Shown in pieces: positions 20,500-31,916 of a DNA stretch of 64,000 nucleotides. Position 1 is the stretch's first letter. Every line of letters starts with the position of its first letter. This DNA is from an uncultured cyanobacterium (GTDB lineage Bacteria; Cyanobacteriota; Cyanobacteriia; Cyanobacteriales; Cyanobacteriaceae), in the NCBI GenBank assembly GCA_963749915.1, contig CAVVOP010000021.1, positions 32,001 to 96,000 on the forward strand, written 5' to 3'. A program made the translations under genes and the position numbers. Below the pieces are notes generated by a model. It did no database searches. It had not been told where the DNA came from and saw only the letters and a program-made list of their open reading frames with translations.

Positions 20500-23025
20500 C
20501 TAGAAAGTGAGCTTCACATCGCCATTGGCTTGACTGTATTCTGGCACTTCTACTTTTACGGGTAAAGCTTTCCAGATGTTCTGGAGATAGTCCCGAATTG
20601 AACGATCACTGGAGAATTTGCCCATCCGCGCCACATTCAAGATCGACATCCGCGTCCAGTGGTCTTGATCTTGGTATGCCTGACTCACCCGATCCTGGCA
20701 TTCCACATAGGACTGGTAATCGGCAAACAGCAGGTAATCATCGTGATAGAGCAGAGAATCTAGTAAGGGCTTGAACAGGTTGGGGTCGCCGTGGGAGAAG
20801 AACCCAGAGGAAAGGCGATCGATCACCAGTTTCAGTTCTGGGTTGCCGTTGTAGTAATCCCAGGGATTGTAGCCTGCCGCTTTCTTGGCAAGGACTTCTT
20901 CCGTCGTCAAACCAAACAGGAAGAAATTATCGGCTCCTACTGCATCCCGAATTTCAATATTTGCACCATCAAGAGTGCCGATCGTCAACGCCCCATTCAT
21001 GGAGAACTTCATATTGCCTGTACCAGAGGCTTCTTTCCCCGCCGTAGAAATCTGCTCCGAGAGATCGGCAGCGGGATAGACGCGCTGGGCAAACTTGACG
21101 TTGTAATCCTTCAGGAATACCACTTTGAGCCGACCCCGCACATCTGGGTCATTATTGACCACATCGGCGATCGAATTGATCAACTTGATGATCAGCTTCG
21201 CCATGTAGTAACCAGGAGCCGCTTTACCGCCAAAGAGGAAGGTGCGCGGCGTAACATCTAGGTCGGGATTTGCCTTGATCCGGTTATACAGGGTGATGAT
21301 GTAGAGGGCATTCAGGTGTTGTCGTTTGTACTCATGAATGCGTTTCGCCTGAATGTCAAACAGCGAGTCGGGGTCAATTTCAATGTGGTAGTTTGCCCGA
21401 ATATAATCTGTCAGGTCTTGTTTCACCTCTTGTTTCACCTGGCGGAACTCGTTGCGGAAGTTCGCATCATGAATGAAGTTCTCCAGTTTTCGCAGTTCAT
21501 CCAGATTTTTGATCCAGCTATCTCCAATTTTGCTTGTAATCAGGTTTGCCAGTCGGGGGTTGCTCAAGACCATGAAACGGCGAGGAGTAACGCCATTGGT
21601 AACGTTGGTGAACTTCCCTGGATACATCTCGTAGAAGTCGTGCAGGGTCGTCTTCTTCAACAAATCACTGTGGAGTTCGGCAACTCCGTTGACGGCGTAA
21701 CTGCCCACACAGGCGAGGTTTGCCATGCGCACATAGCGATCGCCGCTTTCATCAATGATGGAGATCCGGCCAAGGCGATCGCCATCATCAGGAAACTTGA
21801 TGCGGACTTCATCTAGGAAACGTCCATTAATTTCATAAATAATTTCCAGATGCCGGGGCAACAAACTGCCAAACATACCTAGGGGCCAGCGTTCTAGGGC
21901 CTCTGGTAACAGGGTGTGGTTGGTGTAGGCAAAGGTATTGGTGGTGATGTTCCAGGCCTTGTCCCATTCAAACCCATAGTCATCGAGTAAAAGCCGCATC
22001 AGTTCAGCCACGGCAATGGTGGGATGGGTGTCATTTAACTGAATCCCATAGTGTTCGTGGAATCGTTCCAGAGCCAGATTCTGCATCTTCATTATGCGAA
22101 TCATGTCCTGCAAAGAACAAGAAACAAAGAAGTACTGTTGCTCCAGCCGCAGTTGTTTTCCCTGGTAGGACTCATCATTGGGGTAAAGAACTTTGGTGAT
22201 GTTTTCGCAGGTACTCTTTTCGTGAACGGCTCCGAAATAATCACCTTGGTTAAATGCCTCAAAATCAAAGGACTCTGGTGCTTCCGCTTTCCACAGTCGC
22301 AGGGTGTTGGCGGTATTGGTCTGGAAACCCAGGATCGGGGTGTCGTAGGGAACTCCTTTCACCACCTTATAGGGAACCCAACGACTGCGATAGCGACCAT
22401 GCTCATCAGTGTAAGTTTCAGTATGACCACCAAACTTCACCTCTAATTCTGCCTCTGGACGGGCAACTTCCCAGGGATTGCCATAACGCAACCACTTGTC
22501 TGTGATTTCGACCTGCCAACCGTCTTTGATTTCCTGGTCGAAAATGCCGTATTCGTAGCGGATACCATAACCGATCGCCGGGATTTCCAGGGTTGCCAGA
22601 GAGTCTATGTAGCAGGCGGCTAAGCGGCCTAAACCACCATTGCCTAATCCAGGTTCTTCTTCCTGTTCCAATAGAGTGGTCAGGTTCAGCCCCAATTCCT
22701 CAATGGCTTGTTTGACCACATCGTAGATTCCTAGGTTGATCAAGTTATTGCCCAAGTGAGGACCCATCAAAAACTCGGCAGACAGGTAAGCAACCATCCG
22801 GGGTGCCTTTTCCAAGTAGGTCTGGGTAGTATTCAGCCAGCGATTTAACAGGCGATCGCGCACGGTAAATGCCAGTGCCATGTAGTAGTCGTTCTTGGTC
22901 GATATCTTGGGAAACTTTGCCTGAATGTATAACAGATTGTCCAAAAATGCCCGCTTCAGGGTTTCGACATCAATCCCTGTGCGATCGTCTTCAATTTGAA
23001 TATTATTAGGAACGGTACTGACCAT
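20500..23025 (-). CDS. glgP: Glycogen phosphorylase
   Basis: GLGNGGLGRLAAC, QLNDTHP, KRIHEYKRQ and EASGTGNMK motifs. Confidence 0.97.
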   Translation of the reverse strand: MVSTVPNNIQIEDDRTGIDVETLKRAFLDNLLYIQAKFPKISTKNDYYMALAFTVRDRLLNRWLNTTQTYLEKAPRMVAYLSAEFLMGPHLGNNLINLGIYDVVKQAIEELGLNLTTLLEQEEEPGLGNGGLGRLAACYIDSLATLEIPAIGYGIRYEYGIFDQEIKDGWQVEITDKWLRYGNPWEVARPEAELEVKFGGHTETYTDEHGRYRSRWVPYKVVKGVPYDTPILGFQTNTANTLRLWKAEAPESFDFEAFNQGDYFGAVHEKSTCENITKVLYPNDESYQGKQLRLEQQYFFVSCSLQDMIRIMKMQNLALERFHEHYGIQLNDTHPTIAVAELMRLLLDDYGFEWDKAWNITTNTFAYTNHTLLPEALERWPLGMFGSLLPRHLEIIYEINGRFLDEVRIKFPDDGDRLGRISIIDESGDRYVRMANLACVGSYAVNGVAELHSDLLKKTTLHDFYEMYPGKFTNVTNGVTPRRFMVLSNPRLANLITSKIGDSWIKNLDELRKLENFIHDANFRNEFRQVKQEVKQDLTDYIRANYHIEIDPDSLFDIQAKRIHEYKRQHLNALYIITLYNRIKANPDLDVTPRTFLFGGKAAPGYYMAKLIIKLINSIADVVNNDPDVRGRLKVVFLKDYNVKFAQRVYPAADLSEQISTAGKEASGTGNMKFSMNGALTIGTLDGANIEIRDAVGADNFFLFGLTTEEVLAKKAAGYNPWDYYNGNPELKLVIDRLSSGFFSHGDPNLFKPLLDSLLYHDDYLLFADYQSYVECQDRVSQAYQDQDHWTRMSILNVARMGKFSSDRSIRDYLQNIWKALPVKVEVPEYSQANGDVKLTF

Positions 23026-23028
23026 AAT

Positions 23029-23078
23029 TGAGTATTCTCCTGTTGGTTATTAATGAGTATTCTCCTGTTGGTTATTAA
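23029..23078. repeat. Perfect 25-bp tandem duplication containing the glgP RBS
   Basis: TGAGTATTCTCCTGTTGGTTATTAA x2 (AGGAG on the minus strand). Confidence 0.9.
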
Positions 23079-23107
23079 ATAGATGGTTAGGGGAACTTTT
23101 AACTTCT

Positions 23108-23160
23108 GTAAGGGCTGAACATTGTTCAGCCCCTACTTCTGACTTCTGACTTCTGACTTC
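23108..23160 (-). repeat. GTAG-type REP-like palindrome plus AGAAGTC heptamer repeats at the ldhA 3' end
   Basis: Minus strand GTAGGGGCTGAACAATGTTCAGCCCTTAC, preceded by (AGAAGTC)n; supplies the ldhA stop codon. Confidence 0.7.
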
Positions 23161-24157
23161 CGCTATAAGCCACCTCATTTTTCAAAGGCTGACCTCGCTC
23201 AAAATCGGTAATATTGGAGAGAGTGGTGTCGGCGATCGCCGCTAGGGCATTGCGGGTAAAAAATCCTTGGTGGGAGGTGATCACCACATTGGGAAAGGAT
23301 TGCAGTAGTTGAAAGGTGTCATCCTGAATAATATTGTCAGAGTGATCTTCAAAGAAGAGATCGTCTTCCCGCTCGTACACATCAATGCCGAGGTAGCCAA
23401 TTTTGCCCGACTTAATCCCCTCGATCACCGCACCTGTATCAATCAAACCACCCCGACTGGTGTTAATGAGCATAACACCCGACTTCATTTGCTCAATAGT
23501 CTTCCCATTGATTAAATGATGAGTTTCGGGTAACAAAGGACAATGGAGCGAGATGAGATCCGAGTTAGCTAAGAGTTCTGGCAGTGGAACATAATGAGCA
23601 TTGCCAATCTCCGCAAACTGAGGGTTAGGGTAGGCATCGTAGCCGAGCAAGGAAGTACCAAACCCCTGCATGATTCGGGCGAACACCATGCCAATTTTGC
23701 CCGTACCGATGATGCCTACCGTACAGCCATAGAGATCAAATCCCAACAGACCTTCCAGGGAGAAGTTATCATCCCGAACACGGTTGTAGGCTTTGTACAT
23801 TTTGCGGTTCAGGGTCAGCACCAAGGCAACGGCGTGTTCAGCAACGGCGTAGGGAGAATAGGCAGGCACCCGCACCACTTTGATCCCTAACTCCGCTGCC
23901 CGTTTCAAATCGACGGTGTTGAACCCAGCAGACCGCAGTGCCAGCAGACGAGTTCCCCGGGAGGCGAGAATATCCAGTGTTGCCGCATCCGCAATATCGT
24001 TGACAAACATACACACCGCTGGAAACTCCGTTGCCAGTAAGGCGGTGTTGGGGTTTAGTTGTACGTCAAAAAACGTCAGTTCGTGACGATAGTTGGCATT
24101 CGCCCCTTCAAAGGACTGGCGATCGTAGGTTTTGGTGCTAAAAAAAGCGACTTTCAT
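23126..24157 (-). CDS. ldhA: D-lactate dehydrogenase (2-hydroxyacid dehydrogenase)
   Basis: MKVAFFS, RVPAYSPYAVAEH, GTGKIG, INTSRG, DVYERE and TSHQGFFT motifs; RBS GGAG before 24157. Confidence 0.9.
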   Translation of the reverse strand: MKVAFFSTKTYDRQSFEGANANYRHELTFFDVQLNPNTALLATEFPAVCMFVNDIADAATLDILASRGTRLLALRSAGFNTVDLKRAAELGIKVVRVPAYSPYAVAEHAVALVLTLNRKMYKAYNRVRDDNFSLEGLLGFDLYGCTVGIIGTGKIGMVFARIMQGFGTSLLGYDAYPNPQFAEIGNAHYVPLPELLANSDLISLHCPLLPETHHLINGKTIEQMKSGVMLINTSRGGLIDTGAVIEGIKSGKIGYLGIDVYEREDDLFFEDHSDNIIQDDTFQLLQSFPNVVITSHQGFFTRNALAAIADTTLSNITDFERGQPLKNEVAYSGSQKSEVRSRG

Positions 24158-24183
24158 AACGTAAGCTCCCAATGGACATAATG

Positions 24184-25767
24184 TTACTGAGTAGAAACCA
24201 AGAGGTTGGAGGGCTTGCCGCGATCGCCTTGCAAGTTGATGCCCCGCCGATTCGCTGCCAGATGACGCAGGATTTTGTAAACAGTTTCAATCTGGTCGGC
24301 TGCTCCCGCTTTTTCTGCCAGTGCGCTTAATTTCATTGGTTCAGAACCACTCTTGAGGATTGCTAGAACCCGTCGCTGTAAATCCAAAACCGAGGCAGCT
24401 GCTTTTTTCCCTGCTTCCACCCCTGGTTGGTGATAGGCGTTAACATTCACCAGAGAAGCATATAGCCCCACTGCCCGTTCATAGAGTGCGATCAAAGCTC
24501 CCACAGTGCGAGGATTGACCTGGGGAATGGTGACGGTGATGGAGTCCCGATGATTCTCATACAGTGCCTGTCGTGTTCCCTGCAAAAAGCCGGAGAGAAA
24601 ATCCCCAGAAGTCGCTTCCGGCTCTACTTCGATCGATGCTCCCTCCCGGTCTTCCAGCACCTCAATAAACGTGGCAAAGAAGTTGGGAATCCCTTCCCTC
24701 AGTTGTTGCACGTAGGCGTGCTGGTCAGTGGAGCCTTTATTCCCGTAAACCGCAATTCCTTGATGCACTGTGTTACCATCGAGATCCTTTTCCTTACCAA
24801 TGGACTCCATCACCAACTGTTGCAGGTAGCGAGAGAATAACAACAAACTGTCTTTGTAGGGTAGCATCACCATATCTTTTTCGCCTTTGCCATTCCCCCC
24901 CGCATACCAAGCAAGGGCTAACAGGGCTGCTGGATTATTTTTGATATCAGGCTCACGGGTTACCTCATCCATTTCCTTCGCACCGGCTAAGAGCGATCGG
25001 ATGTCAATGCCTAGCAGGGACGCTGACAACAGCCCTACCGCAGACATTTCTGAGGTGCGTCCTCCCACCCAATCGTACATGGGAAACTCGGCTAACCAGC
25101 CTTCCATTCGCTCCAGTTCGTCCATTTTGCTACCTAGGACGGTTATGGCAACCGCGTGGGAGGGAAAATCTAAGCCCTGTTGTTCGTAGGCGTGCTTCAC
25201 TTCCAGCATTCCATTGCGGGTTTCGGGGGTGCCACCAGATTTGCTGGCAATGATGATCAGAGTACTTTTGAGACGATCTTTAAGGCGGTTAAGCACACGA
25301 TCGATCCCGGCAGGATCGGTGTTGTCGATGAAATGAATCCCCATGGTGGGAAAATCGGGAGCTAGTGCCTCGGCGACAAACTCTGGTCCTAGGGCAGAAC
25401 CACCAATGCCGATGGAGAGAATATCGGTGAATTTTGTCGCTGACGGTGGGTGAATTGTCCCGTCGTGAACCTTTTGGGTAAAGGCTTCAATTTGTTCCAA
25501 GGTTTCCACGATTTCTTTTTTGAGCTGTACTGGAGCGAGGTCAGGGTCACGCAACCAGTAATGCCCCACCATGCGGTTTTCGTCGGGGTTGGCGATCGCA
25601 CCTGCCTCTAGTGCCTCCATGTTCTTAAACGCCTTGGTAAACTTCGGCTTCAGGGTCTTAACCAGTTCGTCGTCAAACCGTATTCGGCTTATGTCCAGAT
25701 ACAAGTCCAAGCCTTCGTAGTAGTAGAGCCATTTTTCATAGCGTTGCCAGAGTTTCTTGGTATTCAT
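24184..25767 (-). CDS. pgi: Glucose-6-phosphate isomerase
   Basis: [25 protein letters not shown] and [10 protein letters not shown] motifs. Confidence 0.97.
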   Translation of the reverse strand: MNTKKLWQRYEKWLYYYEGLDLYLDISRIRFDDELVKTLKPKFTKAFKNMEALEAGAIANPDENRMVGHYWLRDPDLAPVQLKKEIVETLEQIEAFTQKVHDGTIHPPSATKFTDILSIGIGGSALGPEFVAEALAPDFPTMGIHFIDNTDPAGIDRVLNRLKDRLKSTLIIIASKSGGTPETRNGMLEVKHAYEQQGLDFPSHAVAITVLGSKMDELERMEGWLAEFPMYDWVGGRTSEMSAVGLLSASLLGIDIRSLLAGAKEMDEVTREPDIKNNPAALLALAWYAGGNGKGEKDMVMLPYKDSLLLFSRYLQQLVMESIGKEKDLDGNTVHQGIAVYGNKGSTDQHAYVQQLREGIPNFFATFIEVLEDREGASIEVEPEATSGDFLSGFLQGTRQALYENHRDSITVTIPQVNPRTVGALIALYERAVGLYASLVNVNAYHQPGVEAGKKAAASVLDLQRRVLAILKSGSEPMKLSALAEKAGAADQIETVYKILRHLAANRRGINLQGDRGKPSNLLVSTQ

Positions 25768-25849
25768 ACAAACCTCGTTAATTCGCAGTAAGTGTGCAAA
25801 AGGAAAAATTGATTCAATCTAAACTTGAATTTTTTATCCACCAGCAGAT

Positions 25850-26015
25850 CTGACTTTTCACGGGATCTTTTTCTGCTCTCAGGCGATCGCCAAATTCCCC
25901 CTCTCCAAGCCAGACTCTTTCGTTGTCCATTATCATTAAGCAGAGATTATTGAGAATCAGCCTGGGAGGGAAACCCTTATTTGAACGGGTTTTCAGAAAT
26001 GCCGTGAAAAGTCAG
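25850..26015. mobile_element. 166-bp MITE with a 14-bp perfect TIR and a 10-bp TSD
   Basis: TIR CTGACTTTTCACGG / CCGTGAAAAGTCAG; flanking direct repeat ACCAGCAGAT at 25840-25849 and 26016-26025. Confidence 0.93.
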
Positions 26016-26094
26016 ACCAGCAGATAAGGGGGCGATTGGGGGAAGGAATCATAGATTCAACGGGGGAACAATCTTGTGTGTTCTAGAATTTGAA

Positions 26095-26559
26095 TTACTG
26101 AAACCCGATGTGGGAGATCGCCCCTAGATATTCGTAGTAGCTGATCTCTCCATCACCATCGCGATCAACTTGTTTCATAATGGTTTTGATTTGCTCGGTA
26201 TTGAGAGGTAAGACCAAGCGATCGGTAATGTTAATCACCTCCTCAAGGGATAGCAGTCCATTCTGGTCGAGGTCTAGTTCGCGGAACTTTTTGAGAATGC
26301 CGAATATTGGTTCAGCTACAACCATAAATTCTTCAAAATCAACGTATCCGTCCTTGTCAGCATCTACAGCTTCAAACTTCTTTGTCAGACGTATCTTCTC
26401 CTTTGCCAGGGCGAAGTTGAGATATTCGTCGATCTCGATTGTGCCGTCTTGGTTTGAGTCAAGTTGCGTAAACATCTGGACGATGGAGGCCAACTTTTCC
26501 TCTGGGATTAGTGCCTTAACCTCTTCTGATATTTCAAATTTTAATTTGTCGTCATTCAT
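26095..26559 (-). CDS. Calmodulin-like protein with four EF-hands
   Basis: Loops DSNQDGTIEIDE, DADKDGYVDFEE, DLDQNGLLSLEE and DRDGDGEISYYE; 154 aa; no signal peptide. Confidence 0.9.
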   Translation of the reverse strand: MNDDKLKFEISEEVKALIPEEKLASIVQMFTQLDSNQDGTIEIDEYLNFALAKEKIRLTKKFEAVDADKDGYVDFEEFMVVAEPIFGILKKFRELDLDQNGLLSLEEVINITDRLVLPLNTEQIKTIMKQVDRDGDGEISYYEYLGAISHIGFQ

Positions 26560-26629
26560 CAGTTAATCTCTCAATCTCATTTGTTAGGATGGTTGTTTGT
26601 TACTTTTTCAGGTTTTACGGTAAGCAGAG

Positions 26630-28048
<1,419 letters not shown>

Positions 28049-28087
28049 TCATCGGCGACCCTGATTAAATTCCTAAGCCCGACCTGG

Positions 28088-28291
28088 ACCTGAGTGAACT
28101 GTAAGAAAGCTTTAAAAATAAGGGTTTAAGAGTGATAACTGACCAAATTTTCTCTCCCAAAAAGAATTAAGTTTAGTAAATAATTGCTTAAAATCAATTT
28201 TGATACATTTTACATCGATTATAAACACTACTCCCTGCTCGCCTGCTCCCTACTCCCTACCCTAACAAGTAACTTTATATCGAACTCAGGT
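28088..28291. mobile_element. AT-rich 204-bp MITE-like insertion upstream of eno
   Basis: Ends ACCTGAGT... and ...TTATATCGAACTCAGGT; 7-bp near-TSD GACCTGG/GACCTAG; internal CTACTCC heptamers. Confidence 0.7.
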
Positions 28292-28392
28292 GACCTAGGG
28301 ATCTAGATTTTGAAGTAAGACAAACACTACCCTGTCATAAAAACTCCTCATCCGACATTATAAGACTCGATTATTAAGGACTTATAATCATT

Positions 28393-28411
28393 GAGTCAAG
28401 AAAAGGTTAAG
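28393..28411 (-). promoter_or_regulatory. Possible OmpR/SphR-type (pho-box-like) direct repeat upstream of the island operon
   Basis: Minus strand CTTAACCT-TTT-CTTGACTC; TATAAT on the minus strand at 28357-28362. Confidence 0.35.
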
Positions 28412-28450
28412 AAGCTGAAATTTGCCGAAAATTTCTCTATCTCTCTTCAT

Positions 28451-28776
28451 TTAGAAAGGAATATCATCATCGTCAAAATCCTCAACTTGAGGGCGGTTGA
28501 CAATCTTAATATCAGGGGTTTTCGTTTCAATCAAGACAATTTCACCGTTAAGACTTTTCGCTAAATTTTCTGCTGCATTTTTGGCACTGAGATTCCTATT
28601 TTTTTGAATAGATGTCGGTGTTTCAAATGCAGAAACGGGAGGTTTATTATTGGGTTGTCTTAGGGGAATTACATTATTTATTGGTGGATTATTTTGGATA
28701 TTATTAGAAGTAGGTTGGCGAGATTCACTAGGTTTTGTCTCGGAAATATTTTCCTTAGATTCTTCTTTATTTGACT
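28451..28776 (-). pseudogene. 3' fragment resembling the C-terminus of cyanobacterial DNA Pol III gamma/tau (dnaX-like)
   Basis: Open frame without a start: ...SAKNAAENLAKSLNGEIVLIE...IVNRPQVEDFDDDDIPF*; cut off at the IS982 end. Confidence 0.55.
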
Positions 28777-29492
28777 ACGTGATGTGCAACTAAAATTAAG
28801 CTGACACTAAAGTTTCAAACTGTAAGATATTTTCATTCTCACGATTGAGCCAGCAACAAACAGTATGTGCTAAAAGTTTGCGGTTTATTCTACTTGTTAA
28901 ATGCCACATATCCCTTGCCCAAATTTTTTCCAGATTAAATCGCTCAACTAATTGTCCAATTACTGTCTCTATCAAACGACGTACTTTCATCAACATTTTT
29001 ACCCACGACTGAGGACGAGTATCTTTCATATTGTTTCGCAATGCTGTTTCCAATTCAATGCCATTACGAATAAGTTCTTCCCCTAATTGCTCACTTATAT
29101 ACCCTTTATCACCAATGAGTAAACCTTTTATTCCTTTGACTAAATCCCATAATGCCTCACGTTCATCACCATTAGCTGGAGTCAAAGTTAGACCTGTGAT
29201 GATTCCCTGACCACTAATAATTAAATGTCCATGAAAACCATAATAGGTCTCCTTTTTACCAGCACAATAGCCATAATTGGCTTCACTCACAAAACTACGA
29301 CATCTTGGAGCTCTACTAAAACAACACAACGGAATGGGAATACCATCAATTATATGAAGATGATCTTGAAAACCATTCATTTGGCCAGCTAACTTTTGAA
29401 GTAATCTCAATTGTGTTTTATTGCCATCTACTAATGCTACCCATTTTTTTTCTTTCCCAATGTCACGGGAGATTGCTTCAGCAAACATTTCT
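28777..29492 (-). mobile_element. Truncated IS982-family element whose transposase is fused to an ISKra4-like fragment
   Basis: End ACGTGATGTGCAACTAA at 28777; IIDGIPIPLC, YYGFHGHL, GDKGY and RRLIETVIGQL (IS982); N-terminal 34 aa AISRD..KKWVALVDGNKTQL resemble ISKra4. Confidence 0.75.
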
Positions 29493-30743
29493 GGTTCTGT
29501 CGCAAAAAATCTCAGCCGTCATATAGCATGATAAACTTGAGTAATAATACTCAGGAGTTCCATCTTCTTTATGAATCCCAAAGAACCTTTCAAATGGCGT
29601 CATTTCCAACAAGAGATTATTTGTAAGCGTTCAGGGGGGAACGAAAATATGGTAGTTTAGAGACATGGAAAAAGAGCAACTACTAAAAACGAATTTTTTC
29701 ACCACAGAAGAATGGAATTCGACTCCTCAAGGAGTTAAAAATTTTGTAGTGCAACAAAAATTAAGAATTCAAGAACTGGAAAATGAACAACAAGAATTAA
29801 AGAAGATAGTAGAAAATCTGCAAGAAAAAGTTAATTGTAACTCGAAAAATTCGGGTATTCCACCATCGAGTGAAATAGTTAAACCAGAGAAGAAAAAGGC
29901 GAAGAAAAGAAAGAAAAGAAATAGAGGTGGGCAAATTGGGCATCACGGTTATAGTCGAGAATTATATCCAGAATCCCAATGTCAAAGTACCAAAAACCAC
30001 TTACCAGAAACCTGTAAATGTTGTGGGGAAAAACTTTCAGGTACAGACTCCAATCCCTATCGACACCAAGTAGTGGAAATACCACCGACAGAACTAGAAA
30101 TAGTAGAACATAGGTTACACCAATTGGAATGTAATCATTGTGGAGCAAAAACGAGAGCAAAATTACCTGAAAATGTCTCAGAGAATGGCTATGGTTCAAC
30201 AGTAGTAGCCTTAGTGTCTTTGATGAGTGGGGTATATCGTCATTCTCACCGTATGATTGTGAGTGGGATGTCAGACTTTTTTGGGGTGAAAATGTCATTA
30301 GGAATGGTAAATCGCCTCAGAAATGAAGCCAGTGTAGCGTTGTCATCAGCTGTAGAATCAGCAAAAACTTATATTCAATCATTTGATGGCACAAGAGAAA
30401 AAGTTGTTCAGGTTGTGGCGAAGAGTCAGAGATGGAACTTTAAGTAGAAAGGAATTTCAATTGTTAGTATCACCAATTAGGAGTCGTGTTCAAGAACTAT
30501 TGACAGAAACAGCCGCATTTGAGATTGGTTCAAGGGAAAAAACTCCTTGGGCGAAAACGGTGCGTACTTGCCGACAATTGTTGAAAAGTGTTTTAGAGTT
30601 TATCAAGGACAAGTAGAAGGAGTCAATAAGAAGGATGTAATCGGACAAAAAAACTTCGTTGAGTCTCTCTTTGGGATTGCTGTCTAAAAAATCAGATGTT
30701 TACAGGAGTATTATCTTTGTCTAAACTTTTTTGCGACAGAACC
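29493..30743 (+). mobile_element. IS6-family shell interrupted by IS66
   Basis: Perfect 17-bp IR GGTTCTGTCGCAAAAAA (29493-29509, 30727-30743); retains tnp start MNPKEPFKWRHFQQEII (29571) and end GQVEGVNKKDVIGQKNFVESLFGIAV* (30687). Confidence 0.85.
29623..30600 (+). mobile_element. IS66-family remnant with an internally deleted transposase
   Basis: Begins GTAAGCGTTCAGGGGGG; NSKNSGIPPS, RGGQIGHHG, CKCCG and RHQVVEIP motifs; jumps near 30380 to the C-terminal LFRLWRRVRDG frame; no right end seen. Confidence 0.85.
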
Positions 30744-31073
30744 AGAGGCAAAGGCAACGTGAGTTGAAGAGGATGGGATTGCTCTTGGCTTAACTGGTAA
30801 GTATCAATTTTCATCACGAACACCAGCGCAAACTTGATATCTTTACTTTAAAGTAAATTTAACCAATTGTAAATAAATTAAAGTATTAAGGTATCAACAA
30901 TCAGCAATTACACTATAAGATTATTTTAGATTTTGGATTTTGGATTGGTGATTTATTAATCTTGAATCCTAAGTAATAAAAGTGATTAATTAATTCTCTT
31001 CTGAGAAACAAAAATCAATTTAATCCAACGAAAAATTAAAAATTGAGGGTTTAATTGTCAGAATTTATCTTAA

Positions 31074-31475
31074 CTAAATAAATAATCCTGCATCTACATT
31101 AAAAAACTCGCCTAATGATTTTGCTTGAGTTTTACTAATATTTCTTTTACCATTAACGACTTCGGACACCACACCTTTTGAGCCAATAATACCAACTAAA
31201 TCACTTTGTTTAATGTTTTTTTGTTCCATCAAAAATAATAATAGAGAATGTGGCTCAGAAAATTGTCCACAATGATAATATTCCTGTTCAAATTTTCCGA
31301 CTAAAATAATCAGTAATTCATAGAGTTCATTTTCTTCAGGAGTACGATCTTTTTTGTGCATTAATTCCTCAATTATTTTGAGTGCTTCTTCATTTTCTCT
31401 TTCTGTTTTAATTAATTTAGGTTGATATTTATCTAAGAGTTGTTTGTATTTATCAGGGTTAAAAGTAAGGGTCAT
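31074..31475 (-). CDS. higA: HigA-type HTH antitoxin
   Basis: PKLIKTERENEEAL...QSDLVGIIGSKGVVSEVVNGKRNISK; likely start MTLTF overlapping the higB end. Confidence 0.85.
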   Translation of the reverse strand: MTLTFNPDKYKQLLDKYQPKLIKTERENEEALKIIEELMHKKDRTPEENELYELLIILVGKFEQEYYHCGQFSEPHSLLLFLMEQKNIKQSDLVGIIGSKGVVSEVVNGKRNISKTQAKSLGEFFNVDAGLFI

Positions 31476-31758
31476 TTTTCCATTGGTTTTTATCATAATC
31501 GGCGTGAGTCAGAATATATTTGAGATAAATTAACTGATGCTCATAATCAATACTAACAATTAGTCTATACTTGTTTCCTTTGATATTGAATACGGTAAAA
31601 TTACCCACAGCTTCGGCGGAAGGAAAAACTGATTGAACTTCGATTAAATTACTCCAATTCGCTTTACTGGCAATTTTATACCAATTATCTAATACAGATC
31701 TACTAGAAGTATATTTTTGAGTAAACTCTCTGATTTTTCAATAACTGATAACATGCAT
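31459..31758 (-). pseudogene. higB: HigB toxin with a nonsense codon at position 7
   Basis: MHVISY*KIREF...VFNIKGNKYRLIVSIDY...ILTHADYDKNQWK; TGA at 31738-31740. Confidence 0.88.
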
Positions 31759-31916
31759 TAATTAAGATACTGTTTCTGATGGCTTGGTTCTCATTTTGAA
31801 AGCTATTTAATTTTATTTTAACCGAATAAAGTAACATTTTTCCCTAAATTGCCATCAGTAATTTTCTCGTTCTAACGGATTTTGTGGGTAGGGGATTTTA
31901 GCAGTGATCGCCTACT

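Noticed and set aside
30744..30840. A possible further IS end after the IS6 shell
   Set aside because: Too short to assign, and no partner end was found
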